DNA of 64,000 nt from a virus (Duplodnaviria; Caudoviricetes). Within the stretch, counting starts at the first letter, position 1. Each line of letters starts with the position of its first letter. Location of the stretch: IMG/VR virus record IMGVR_UViG_3300025016_000004. One strand, 5' to 3'. Below, one piece after another: positions 1 to 9,828 of this stretch. The notes under the pieces were generated by a model. The model was not told the origin of the DNA, ran no database searches, and was given only the letters and a program-made list of their open reading frames with translations. The translations under genes and the position numbers were made by a program.

Positions 1-108
1 TAATTTATCAACCAATTGCCCAATTTGAGTTTTAATTGCTTCGTATTCTTGAAGCATTTTAAGATGATGGGCGTTTATTTCCATATTTGACATTTCTTCG
101 TAATTCAT
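1..108 (-). CDS. Hypothetical protein, partial (runs off window start)
   Basis: ATG at 108, open frame MNYEEMSNMEINAHHLKMLQEYEAIKTQIGQLVDKL..., 2 nt after the stop of the 111..515 ORF. Confidence 0.7.
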   Translation of the reverse strand, partial: MNYEEMSNMEINAHHLKMLQEYEAIKTQIGQLVDKL

Positions 109-110
109 AA

Positions 111-515
111 TTATCGTATTACACCTTCACCCACACCAACGTTTGTTGTTGCGCCTTGACTTATTACTGGCCCACCCATATTACCTAAACCAGTTGTGGT
201 TACTTGGACTCCAGGCGGTACAACCACTTCTATTTTAGCATCAAGTTGCATAGCACTTATAATTTCTTCAATTAAAATTACGGTCATAGATTCCATAATA
301 TTTGAATTTTGAGAGAATACATCACCAACAGGTGCTCCAGCTTCCGATTGTCTGGCTATAACCCTTGAAGCAATATTCCTTGCGCTTAACCCCGGCCTCA
401 ATCTAGCACCAACTAATATTAATTGTGGTGGTAAACTTTCTAGTGGTGTTCTAGGTGTTGAAAATGCCGCCTTTAACGTATTGATGACGTTTGTCATTGA
501 ACTCCTTTGTGCCAT
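111..515 (-). CDS. Hypothetical phage protein (possible virion component)
   Basis: 134-aa ORF tightly packed in operon; Gly/Val-rich C-terminus. Confidence 0.75.
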   Translation of the reverse strand: MAQRSSMTNVINTLKAAFSTPRTPLESLPPQLILVGARLRPGLSARNIASRVIARQSEAGAPVGDVFSQNSNIMESMTVILIEEIISAMQLDAKIEVVVPPGVQVTTTGLGNMGGPVISQGATTNVGVGEGVIR

Positions 516-518
516 GAT

Positions 519-1973
519 TTAATTTATTAATCCAGATATTTGTCTAAGTACTTCACCTTTAACCCCTACTAAACTAGCTATCTGAGCTTTTTTATATTTA
601 ACCCTTTCTATTTGAGTTTTAATTATATTATCACTTACCAAGATTTTAATTTGCTTAAGAATTTTATCCATTAATATGCCAACAACAGCATCTCTTATCG
701 ATTGCATTACCGCTGTAATTAAACCCCTATTCTTTTTAATAAAATCTTCAGTATTTTCAAATGCTTCACCATGAATTATAGTGTGATTAACCGCTAAGAT
801 AACAATTAACTTAGGTGATAATATCACACTCACAATTGCAGACATTAAGCTTTTTAACATTTTTTCGATAAAATTAATCTTTACGTTTAATTTATCTTTT
901 TCATTAGCATTACTAGCTGAATCATTGGCTAAATCATCTAAACCGTTTCTAACGATAGTGGTAATAGCTTCAATCAATTGACTTGTGCTTTCTTGATTTG
1001 ATAATGGTGTTAATTGAGCGTTTAGACTACTTAAAGTATCAAATGAAACTGAAGAATCCAAATCACCACAAGTGGTTACTATAGTTTTACCTTTTCTTCT
1101 ATCTTCAGCTCTAGAATCAATTGAATTTAATTCTTCATTGGTAAAAATAAAATAGCTATCATCAATAACCATATTATCATCAGTATTGATGATTCTATCG
1201 ATTATATCTTGAATTTTTATTTCATTTTTTATTTGTTTTTTATCTTTATTTATACTTAAACTAACGGTGCCAAAAACAGATTCAATTATATTATTGATTA
1301 ATTTAGCTGAATCAAAAAGTTTGATGCTATCAATATAATCATTATTTAAATCTGGTAATTTTTTACCATTTGCGCTATCAGCATAATAAGCACTAGGTTT
1401 TATATTAAGTGTATTGTTTGGTAATTCTGGGCCTACACCTTCCTCATTAAACGTAATTTGTAGGATGTCATTACCTGTTGTTACAGCTCCCCAAGAATCT
1501 GTAGTATTACCTTGTATTGTATTGTATAAGAATGTGTTGAAATCTGTGCTATCTGATAATCCATTTGGGTCATTGTATAGTAATTGCCCAGCGGAACTAA
1601 ACGGACTAGTTTTAAACATACCTAATAGGTCTATTTTACTAAGTTCTACATCTATTCCATTATCAATGAATGATTGTGGTATTTTTGGATTCACACTACA
1701 ACTTACCATGGATTTTAAAGCTTTTTTAATTGCTTGTTTAATATCCAATTCAATTTCATTTAAATTATAAGTTAATACGTCAACCAAAGATTCTTTAAGT
1801 GATTCAAAACCAATTAATGCTTTATGTAAGTCTACTAAAAAATCTAGGCTATTTGTTTTTTGTGAAATTGATGCAATGGAGTTAGTCAATGACTGTTTAG
1901 GGTAACCTTCAGCGGAAACCCTTAATGCGGCTATTTGACCGAATACATTAGATTTTTCTCTAGTAACATCCAT
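519..1973 (-). CDS. Hypothetical phage protein
   Basis: 484-aa ORF in operon, no recognised motif. Confidence 0.8.
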   Translation of the reverse strand: MDVTREKSNVFGQIAALRVSAEGYPKQSLTNSIASISQKTNSLDFLVDLHKALIGFESLKESLVDVLTYNLNEIELDIKQAIKKALKSMVSCSVNPKIPQSFIDNGIDVELSKIDLLGMFKTSPFSSAGQLLYNDPNGLSDSTDFNTFLYNTIQGNTTDSWGAVTTGNDILQITFNEEGVGPELPNNTLNIKPSAYYADSANGKKLPDLNNDYIDSIKLFDSAKLINNIIESVFGTVSLSINKDKKQIKNEIKIQDIIDRIINTDDNMVIDDSYFIFTNEELNSIDSRAEDRRKGKTIVTTCGDLDSSVSFDTLSSLNAQLTPLSNQESTSQLIEAITTIVRNGLDDLANDSASNANEKDKLNVKINFIEKMLKSLMSAIVSVILSPKLIVILAVNHTIIHGEAFENTEDFIKKNRGLITAVMQSIRDAVVGILMDKILKQIKILVSDNIIKTQIERVKYKKAQIASLVGVKGEVLRQISGLIN

Positions 1974-1981
1974 TATGTGGT

Positions 1982-2353
1982 TTATTCAGGTTTTTTATTT
2001 CTAGCTTCAACTAATTCTCTAACTCTTTGGAAACTATCTTTGTTGACAATTTCTGAATTATTAGAAAATGCGGCTGCAACATTACCACTATGCTTTATAA
2101 TATCACTTTGTAATTTACCAACATCTAATTTAATCTTAATTGCAGAGTCTTTAAGTTTTAATGCGTCAGTCTTAGCTTTAGCTATTTTAGTCCAATCATC
2201 AACATCTTCTGGTGTTGCTGCGGCAGAAACCTCATTAATTACCTTTTGAGCGTCTTGAATTTGGTTACATGCGTTATTATAAACTTCTTGCATCACATTT
2301 TGAAGTGAGTCATTATCGTTTATCTCTATTTGTTGTCTTTTACTTCTAGGCAT
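1982..2353 (-). CDS. Hypothetical helical/coiled-coil protein
   Basis: 123-aa ORF preceded by the TATTTAT motif at 2370-2376. Confidence 0.75.
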   Translation of the reverse strand: MPRSKRQQIEINDNDSLQNVMQEVYNNACNQIQDAQKVINEVSAAATPEDVDDWTKIAKAKTDALKLKDSAIKIKLDVGKLQSDIIKHSGNVAAAFSNNSEIVNKDSFQRVRELVEARNKKPE

Positions 2354-2394
2354 AATAAGTCTTTTTATTATAAATAGATAGTTTTAGGCTTTTA

Positions 2395-3141
2395 TTATAA
2401 ATAACCTTCATCTATTTTCTCTTCTTTAACTATATCATATATAGTTTTATACCTACGCATTGCAACCCTAATTTCTTTAGTAACTAAATTAGTGTTTTCT
2501 CTTATGGTTGCTAAAATAACATTTTTGTTAAATTTAGAACCACCTTGTAACGATGAAAATAACATTTCCCAATTATTAAGAATATCAATTAACGCTTCAC
2601 CAACCTTTCTTTCATTATCAGTCATTTTCTTTTTACTACCCTTCCCTTCATTCTCAATCTCAACCCTAATTTCCTCAGAAATAGTATCTATTAAATCCGA
2701 TAATGTATAATCAGATTCTGGTAAAGTATAAATGAATTTTTCATCTTGGTGTATCGTTGAAATTGAGGTGTCAAAATCTAGGGCCTGATTAAGCGTTTTT
2801 GTATCTTTAATCATCAAACCTAAAATATAATGTTTACATATCGTTCCGTAATAAGAATAAGCTCTTTTACCCATAGTTGGGTCGAACTTATCGGCTTTTA
2901 ATATAAGGTATGATAAGGTATCACTGTGTAGATTATCAAATGTGTAAGTTTTTCTATATAATTTATAACGTCTAATAATAGATTCAATCATTGTATCGAA
3001 TGCACCTCTTAGATGTTCATTATATATTTTATTCCTTATTAGAGGGTCTTCCTCATTTAAAAAATCTACTACAGCTTTTTCTTGTTCTTCACCAAAATAT
3101 AAACCATTTTTTCTTTTACGACCTCTTCTTCGTTTAGCCAT
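2395..3141 (-). CDS. Phage sigma factor, T4 gp55-like late transcription factor
   Basis: Region-2-like segment KADKFDPTMGKRAYSYYGTICKHY resembles gp55/sigma70 region 2 (FDP..K..F.Y..I). Confidence 0.65.
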   Translation of the reverse strand: MAKRRRGRKRKNGLYFGEEQEKAVVDFLNEEDPLIRNKIYNEHLRGAFDTMIESIIRRYKLYRKTYTFDNLHSDTLSYLILKADKFDPTMGKRAYSYYGTICKHYILGLMIKDTKTLNQALDFDTSISTIHQDEKFIYTLPESDYTLSDLIDTISEEIRVEIENEGKGSKKKMTDNERKVGEALIDILNNWEMLFSSLQGGSKFNKNVILATIRENTNLVTKEIRVAMRRYKTIYDIVKEEKIDEGYL

Positions 3142-3147
3142 GAAATG

Positions 3148-3951
3148 TTAATCCTTTTTTTCGTAAAGAATTACCCTATCATTGATATGGTAACATTCTT
3201 TTTTTGCTAAAGATAACCACCATCTGGATTCATCCATAGATAGCTCTTTTTTATATGTATTGAAAAGGCTTCCTTCTCTATCGTTAACATGTTTGTAAGC
3301 CAATTTTGGGATTACTTTAACTCTGCATGGATTGTAAGTCATTCTTAATAGAAATTCATAAATAAAACTTAATTTAATACTTTCTTTAAGCCCACCATAT
3401 TCTTCATAAGCTTCTTTAAGTACCGCCATTCCATCAATGTTAAAGTTTTGGTATCTTAATAATGCTGCATTATCTAAGACACCAAGTTCATCTGAAAATT
3501 GTGAAGCCCAAACAGCTTCATTCGTAAAGTTCAAAAATTGGTCATTAGGTGTAACATCTAATATCATCGGTAAGAAGATATTTACGTTAGGGTCATCTTT
3601 TCTATATTTAATTACGTTATCAACCCATATAGTAGCTATCTCATCATCTTGTTCAAGGAAAATAAACCATTCTGTTTTAGATTCTTTAACACCTAAATTT
3701 AATTGAGCTTGAAAATTTGTGTCACCTTCATTAGCAACAACCCTAAAATTTAATGTTTTTTCAAACTCACTTTTTAATTTTAATGCTAATTTATAGTCAT
3801 CAGATTCTGCTTTAGCCACCAAAATTAATCCATCTGGTTTTACCTTTTGATTATTAACGCTAGTTACAGCCCTTCTTAAGAAAGTTTCATCAGCTTCAAA
3901 CACTGGAATAATTACACTTATTTCGTTTTTTTCTTTCATCTTATTTTTCAT
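3148..3951 (-). CDS. Glycosyltransferase family 2
   Basis: ISVIIPVFE N-terminal strand, IFLEQDD DxD-like motif. Confidence 0.8.
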   Translation of the reverse strand: MKNKMKEKNEISVIIPVFEADETFLRRAVTSVNNQKVKPDGLILVAKAESDDYKLALKLKSEFEKTLNFRVVANEGDTNFQAQLNLGVKESKTEWFIFLEQDDEIATIWVDNVIKYRKDDPNVNIFLPMILDVTPNDQFLNFTNEAVWASQFSDELGVLDNAALLRYQNFNIDGMAVLKEAYEEYGGLKESIKLSFIYEFLLRMTYNPCRVKVIPKLAYKHVNDREGSLFNTYKKELSMDESRWWLSLAKKECYHINDRVILYEKKD

Positions 3952-5032
3952 TTTTTTCTTCTATTTGTAATAATGTTTCGAATTCAGCTTTTCTGCTAGA
4001 AACAAAATTAGTATATAACTCTTTTATTAATTCAGCTTCTTTTTCTTCAGTAAATAAATCTTTAGAGTCATTGATTCCATCAATAAATTCTTGAGGAATT
4101 GAATCTTCTAACCAAGCTCTCATAAATTCAGCAATTAAATTTGGTATCGCTAAAATATCGTTGGTCCAAATACCATTATTTTTTAATTTAATACTATTTG
4201 AAGTTGAATCTTCACTTTCCATCCATTCTGGTACCATATCAGGTATTTTACCAATTACTGGTGTGTTACATTGAATTGATTCCAATGGAAACGTACCGAA
4301 GCTAGAAATATCATCTACCCATACAGCTAAACAAGATTCACCTAATTGTTCAGCAAATGTTTTTCTAGGCAAGCCTCTTAATTCCCTAAATGTAATCCAC
4401 TTATACATTGGATATCTAAGGTAAAAAGCTTTAACTATTTTTAGAGCTGATTTTTGGTCCCTAGTTAAGATTGATATAATTGGTTTTTTTAATTTTTCAC
4501 TAGGTTTAAAATACTCTGGAATAGACGGTGCTACAATATGAGTTTTTATACTAGGAAATAAACTTTTGATATAATCAGCTTGTTTTTGACTACTTGTTAT
4601 TACATCTCTAAAACCATAATTTAAATCCCATCTTTCAGTCATTTTTAATAATTCTAAAATATAAGTATATGATTGAGATAATACTATTTTCTTACATGGA
4701 AATTCTTTTACCTGTTCCATTACGTTAGCAAAAATTTCAGGTATGATTAAATAATCAATTGCAGTTAAATTTAATTTTTGTTCTTCGATTGATACGTGAG
4801 GTAAACTTGAATAGCTTTCACCTAACCAATCACCAACACCATGGTAATCATTTTTTTCATGTAAGATACTGGCTTTGTAGCCTAAATCATTTAATATTTT
4901 TACGTGTTCGTAAATATTGGCAATCCCAGCTGTTGGATTTCCTTTAGTGTCTAGAGTAAAGAAATAAAAACCAAAATCTTTATTATCTATTTTCTCAATT
5001 AACTGTAATACTTTTTCTTGTTTACTTTCCAT
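3941..5032 (-). CDS. GT-B (GT4-like) glycosyltransferase
   Basis: GIANIYEHVKILN, SFGTFPLESIQCNTPVIG (GxxxxEAMxxGxPVI-like). Confidence 0.7.
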   Translation of the reverse strand: MESKQEKVLQLIEKIDNKDFGFYFFTLDTKGNPTAGIANIYEHVKILNDLGYKASILHEKNDYHGVGDWLGESYSSLPHVSIEEQKLNLTAIDYLIIPEIFANVMEQVKEFPCKKIVLSQSYTYILELLKMTERWDLNYGFRDVITSSQKQADYIKSLFPSIKTHIVAPSIPEYFKPSEKLKKPIISILTRDQKSALKIVKAFYLRYPMYKWITFRELRGLPRKTFAEQLGESCLAVWVDDISSFGTFPLESIQCNTPVIGKIPDMVPEWMESEDSTSNSIKLKNNGIWTNDILAIPNLIAEFMRAWLEDSIPQEFIDGINDSKDLFTEEKEAELIKELYTNFVSSRKAEFETLLQIEEKNEK

Positions 5033-5036
5033 TTTT

Positions 5037-5387
5037 TTAATTCATTTTTTTTAATATTCCATAAGCTAATAGCGTGTTAAAGGCCAATTTAAACCTAATA
5101 CTAGTCTTATCTAAATTATTACGACCTAACATTGGGTCGTCTTCTTTTTCATCTGTCTCATCACCTAAATCAGTAATGAATTGTCTGATTAACTCAAACT
5201 TAACTCCATTAATTTCTTTATGTTTTATATGTTCTTTTGTGGTAAGCCACCTATCAGTTGTGCCATTATGATTAATTTTTTCCACCTTTTTTTTAGTTTC
5301 AACTATATCTTCTTTATCATCAAAGGCTAAAAAAACATCAAGTTCTTCAAAATCTATATAATATAAATCACCAAATATTTTAATCAT
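5037..5387 (-). CDS. Hypothetical protein
   Basis: 116-aa ORF overlapping the upstream gene, operon context. Confidence 0.7.
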   Translation of the reverse strand: MIKIFGDLYYIDFEELDVFLAFDDKEDIVETKKKVEKINHNGTTDRWLTTKEHIKHKEINGVKFELIRQFITDLGDETDEKEDDPMLGRNNLDKTSIRFKLAFNTLLAYGILKKMN

Positions 5388-5958
5388 TATTTATAATTTT
5401 ATTAAACATATCTTCGTCATTAACGAAGTCTAAAATGCTGTCTAATTCATAATCAGCTTCAACATTTTTGTTATAAGACGCATTTATCTTAACAGAAAAT
5501 TTACCTTCTGGTTTAGCTTCTAATGCGATTGGGTTTGCAGTAACTAAAATGTCAATACCATCCCATTTTTTGGTTGTGTCTGTTACAAACTTAATATTAT
5601 CACCAGTGAACCCTAATTTAGATAAAAAGAAGAGTGTTGAAGGTCTGCTTTTATGTGCATCCCTACTAATGATTACAATCTCATGTTCCTCATAATCATT
5701 TATATCAGCTATAAATCTATTTAAAATTGGTCCGATGTTATTATGTAACTGGTCCGCATGTGCATATATTTCCATTGGTGCCTCGCTATAAAGAAATTCA
5801 TTTAATTTTGTTTCATTTGGAAATTGGAAATATTTTAATAAATCCCATTCCTCAATTACAACATCATCTAAATCTTCATTATAGTATTTACCATAAACAT
5901 ATTTTAGTTGTCCGATGAAGTCACGTATGACCTCATTTAAGCTTATTCCTATTCTCAT
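5380..5958 (-). CDS. HAD-fold 5'(3')-deoxyribonucleotidase-like protein (motif I degenerate)
   Basis: MRIGISLNEVIRDF start and overall layout resemble phage NT5C/HAD proteins. Confidence 0.55.
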   Translation of the reverse strand: MRIGISLNEVIRDFIGQLKYVYGKYYNEDLDDVVIEEWDLLKYFQFPNETKLNEFLYSEAPMEIYAHADQLHNNIGPILNRFIADINDYEEHEIVIISRDAHKSRPSTLFFLSKLGFTGDNIKFVTDTTKKWDGIDILVTANPIALEAKPEGKFSVKINASYNKNVEADYELDSILDFVNDEDMFNKIINND

Positions 5959-6006
5959 ATTATTATTTTACTAATTTTTTATTGAAAGTAAACAAAAAGA
6001 TAAAAA

Positions 6007-7812
6007 TTATTTATCAGTGTCTGGTTTTTTATAATTCCTAACCATTTTAGTTATTAATGGATTTCTAACGATATCATTTTCATCAAATTCAAAGAACCCA
6101 ATTTCATCGATATTTCTATGTCTATTCATGGCATCATATAACCCCGTTTTAGTGGCATCATCATATCTATCAGATTGGTCCATATCTCCAGAAACAATAT
6201 ATTTTGAACCGTACCCGATTCTAGTTAAAAGACTTTTCATTTGAGATGGTGACATATTTTGAGCTTCCTCACCGATTAAGATTGAATTATCTAAGGTTTT
6301 ACCTCTAATAAAACCCAAAGGTTCAACCATTAATTCTTTAGAATCTTCTAATTTCCTTCTAGCATCTTCACCTATAATTTTATCAACAATGTCGATTGAT
6401 GCAGCTAAATATGGCTCTAGTTTTTCTTTTAGATTTCCAGGTAAGAATCCTAAGTTCTCTTCAGCTTCAACGGCTGGTTTAACTATTAAAATTTTATTGA
6501 ATGAATTATCTGGGTCTTGAAGTAGTTCTAAAGCTACTGCGATAGCTACGAAAGAATTATGTGTAACTATGAAGTTATCTGTAATATATAAAGAATCTTT
6601 ACTATCAATTGAGATACATTTAGCTTCTGATTGACCTATAGGTTCTATGTCAGTGATATAACGTTTTGGTATATATTTAGTTTTAGGTTTAACTAATTGT
6701 GCTTTTCTTTTTAATTTAAATGGATTAACCTCTGGTGGTAGTGATATAGTTAAGGTGTATGCTTTTTTACATAAAATTTTTTCACCATTATTATCAATAT
6801 ATGAACCTATTTTATCGTTTAACTTAAAAACACCCCCTAAACTATTAACGATAAAACAAACTCCATCAATTAAATCTTTAGATGTGTTAGTGAAAAATGT
6901 GGAAGTACCATTCTTATTTACATAACCATCGGTATCCATTAACCCTCTTAATACTTCTAATCTAACTTTTTTAGTATTAAAAAGGTATTTATCTGGTATT
7001 TTTTTATTTATTGTTGCAATATTTTTTAAGTTTAATTCATTTAAATTATTTAAAATTTCATTATTATTATTTTCACCAATAATTGAGTATTGATACTTAC
7101 CACTTTTTTTATTTATTGTGTGATAATCATTTAATCTTTCGGAAATAAGTTCTACGATTTCAGTATCTTGAGTTGTAAATGTAATTCTATTTTGCGTTAA
7201 ACCACCATCACCTAATAAACATCCTAGAACATAGGGGTCAATAAATAATTCCTTTTCTTCAAATTCAATTGATTTAACTAATGGGATTGTGTGATTTTTA
7301 TCACCTCTACTGGTATTTAAGGTTTCCATTATTTCACTCAAAGGTTTTACATGACCCTTTCTGGGTGAGTAAAATCTTTTACCACCTTTTTTTACTCTAT
7401 AATTTCTATCGTAATATGTGTCAGTTAACCATAAATGCTCATCACAACAATCTGTATAAGAACTATCATTAAAATATACCCTATAAATTTCTTTAATACC
7501 TTGAGGGTGAATTTGAATAACTTTTGTTGGTTTACCTTCAGGGGTTAAAACTTCATCACCAACTCGTATCTCACCCATAGTAGTCCAACCGTTAGGTGTA
7601 AGTATTTTAGAATACAATGGTTGTGCTTTCCCTACGCCAGCAGGCCCAGAACAAAGAACAATTTCTTTCTCTTTAATTAAATTTACAAAATCTTTTTGTT
7701 TAGTGTTTTTGCACTTTAATCTTACCTTGAGTGGTAAGATTTTATTTACAGACCTTTCCTTTGTGGTTGGTTGTGTTGGTGTACTTGTTGTACTTCTTTT
7801 ACCTTTTGCCAT
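6007..7812 (-). CDS. phoH: PhoH-family ATPase containing an intein
   Basis: Walker A GPAGVGK|S split by the intein; LGFLPGNLKEK, RGKTLD, EEAQN, GDMDQSD, IVRNPLI are PhoH motifs. Confidence 0.95.
   Translation of the reverse strand: MAKGKRSTTSTPTQPTTKERSVNKILPLKVRLKCKNTKQKDFVNLIKEKEIVLCSGPAGVGKAQPLYSKILTPNGWTTMGEIRVGDEVLTPEGKPTKVIQIHPQGIKEIYRVYFNDSSYTDCCDEHLWLTDTYYDRNYRVKKGGKRFYSPRKGHVKPLSEIMETLNTSRGDKNHTIPLVKSIEFEEKELFIDPYVLGCLLGDGGLTQNRITFTTQDTEIVELISERLNDYHTINKKSGKYQYSIIGENNNNEILNNLNELNLKNIATINKKIPDKYLFNTKKVRLEVLRGLMDTDGYVNKNGTSTFFTNTSKDLIDGVCFIVNSLGGVFKLNDKIGSYIDNNGEKILCKKAYTLTISLPPEVNPFKLKRKAQLVKPKTKYIPKRYITDIEPIGQSEAKCISIDSKDSLYITDNFIVTHNSFVAIAVALELLQDPDNSFNKILIVKPAVEAEENLGFLPGNLKEKLEPYLAASIDIVDKIIGEDARRKLEDSKELMVEPLGFIRGKTLDNSILIGEEAQNMSPSQMKSLLTRIGYGSKYIVSGDMDQSDRYDDATKTGLYDAMNRHRNIDEIGFFEFDENDIVRNPLITKMVRNYKKPDTDK
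6556..7626 (-). mobile_element. Class 3-type intein (357 aa) with LAGLIDADG endonuclease in PhoH P-loop
   Basis: Starts AQPL, block B DEHLW, block F AKCISID, ends VTHN|S; HEN motifs LGCLLGDGG and LRGLMDTDG. Confidence 0.9.
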
Positions 7813-7816
7813 AAAA

Positions 7817-7845
7817 AAATGTGAGCTTTTTAATAACTCACATTT
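7817..7845 (-). terminator. Hairpin plus U-tract directly upstream of phoH start codon
   Basis: AAATGTGAG-11nt-CTCACATTT followed by TTTT ATG on the minus strand. Confidence 0.4.
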
Positions 7846-7882
7846 AATATAATCACAAAAAATAAAAATTAAATAATAAAAG

Positions 7883-8851
7883 CTATATTTTAGCTTCTTT
7901 ATTTTCGTAGCGTTTTTCTAATTCAGCTAACTTGTACTTTTCGAATATGTTATCTCCATTTACTGTAACTTCAGCAATGAATTTAATTACATAGTGTCCG
8001 TTAAATTCAACGATTTTATCGAATTTTTTTACCTCATATTCATATTCTAAACCATCAATTGCACCTATGGTTTTATCAGTAATGAAACCAATCTTAGTAA
8101 TATCAAGTATATTTGAAGCTCTAGGGTTTTTTATAGCTTTTTTAATTTCACCTATTAAAAATTTGGTTTTCTTATCATATTCATCTTGGTAAGAAGATAC
8201 GTAAAATTCCAATAATTTTTCAGTTTCGTTGATATTTCTAACTAACAATTTTTTGGCATAATATTCAATTTCAAATTTCGGTCTAATATCCCTGTCCACA
8301 TATAGAGCCTTTTTTGATTGCATTGTGGACACCATATCATCAAAAGAAATCTCAGCCAACGTATTACCACTCCAAACATCCGCACCAACTAAATCAAACA
8401 TTATTTTACCATCAATAGGTGTATTATCACCTTTTGGGTTAAGTTTTAATTTATCGTTGCTGAAGGCTTCATAAGCTGATTTGGTGATGTCTTCATTCAT
8501 GACAACTAGCTCAACTGGATACGGGTCGAAGTTATCACGGGTTACTTTATCTAATTTATATTTCTCAATATTATAGGTTTCAACTATTGGTAATCCATCA
8601 GCATCATAACCAACTATTTTAGCTGTTTTATTTTTAGATTCACTTAAAACTTTATACAACCGCCATCTCAACTCTTTAACTTGTTGATTCGTTATCTGAT
8701 TTTTTAACCCATGTAATAATGTACCTTGGTCCTTTTCTATTATTAATCCAACACCTGACAAGTCGGAAGTTTTTGATTGAGATAATATCTTTTTATCAAA
8801 AACTGATAAACCAATCAAAAGCCCCATAATTTTATTTTTTATCCACGTCAT
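7883..8851 (-). CDS. Hypothetical protein whose first ~60 aa are supplied by the upstream HEG cassette
   Basis: ATG at 8851 (MTWIK...) preferred to GTG 8875; overlaps the HEG stop by 20 nt. Confidence 0.8.
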   Translation of the reverse strand: MTWIKNKIMGLLIGLSVFDKKILSQSKTSDLSGVGLIIEKDQGTLLHGLKNQITNQQVKELRWRLYKVLSESKNKTAKIVGYDADGLPIVETYNIEKYKLDKVTRDNFDPYPVELVVMNEDITKSAYEAFSNDKLKLNPKGDNTPIDGKIMFDLVGADVWSGNTLAEISFDDMVSTMQSKKALYVDRDIRPKFEIEYYAKKLLVRNINETEKLLEFYVSSYQDEYDKKTKFLIGEIKKAIKNPRASNILDITKIGFITDKTIGAIDGLEYEYEVKKFDKIVEFNGHYVIKFIAEVTVNGDNIFEKYKLAELEKRYENKEAKI

Positions 8852-9596
8852 ATTTGTATTGCCATTTAAATCCACCCGTTTTATTTCTTTTACCTAAACA
8901 AACCGCACTTATTTTACCTCTAATTATATTTAATTCTTTTTCAGCTTCCCCAGCGTGTGACCATAATTTAATTATTTCACCATCTAACCCAATTTGGTAG
9001 ACGTGTTTTCTTTTATTAGAAACTTCACCCTTTTTACTTTCACTTATTTTAGCCCTAACTACTTCACTAACTATTCTACCTGTTAATTTTTTTGATAGTT
9101 TTATTTTAGTTTCTTCTGATGTAACTCTCCCCATATTAGCTTTACTAATTTTTAATTTAGTTTCTTTGGACAATTTACTACCAGTTCTTAATTTTTTCAT
9201 TCTAATAGAAATCTCTTTTGAATATCTTTTAGCTAAATTCGACATTTTTTTCTTGGTTTCATCACTATGCTTATGCCCTATATTACCATGACCACCCTCA
9301 TTACAATTTAAACCAAACTTAAAACAATCATAATGTTTAATCCAATACTTTTCACGATTATTTAAATATTCTTTATTTACCCCACATAAACATTCTTCGA
9401 TTATTTCATAAGTATCAACAGGGTTCCATTTATGTTTTTCGCAACTAGCCCATAATTTTATTTGCGATTTAAAACCCCCCTTTTTATAATTATATTTTCT
9501 TTTTTTATTATTTATTGTTTGACCTATATAAATTTTACCGTTTGGGCTAGTTAATTTATAAATATAACCCTTTACATTTCTTAAATCTTTTTTCAT
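8832..9596 (-). mobile_element. Free-standing GIY-YIG homing endonuclease with NUMOD3/NUMOD1-type DNA-binding repeats
   Basis: GYIYKLTSPNGKIYIGQT, HSDETKKKMS repeats, C-terminal IIKLWSHAGEAEKELNI...KTGGFKW. Confidence 0.9.
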
Positions 9597-9642
9597 AAAC
9601 ACTATTTATTAATAAATATATAATTTTTAATAAAAGTGAAAA

Positions 9643-9828
9643 TTATTCTTTAACAGGCATCGTTATCTCACCTCGTAATAGAGCATCAGCTAACATGCCT
9701 TGTTGATATGTTTGTTCCATGGAACCAATATCACCCAAAGCGTCAGACTTTTGAGTTAGCATGCTCTTTTCAACCCTAGATAATGATAGGGATAGTAATG
9801 CGAATTTTCGTTTTAAGTAGTTAAGTAT
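9643..9828 (-). pseudogene. Stranded original 5' end of the 7883..8851 gene (61 codons, ATA at the presumed start)
   Basis: ILNYLKRKFALL...QQGMLADALLRGEITMPVKE* aligns ungapped with MTWIKNK...DQGTLL...QQVKE. Confidence 0.8.
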
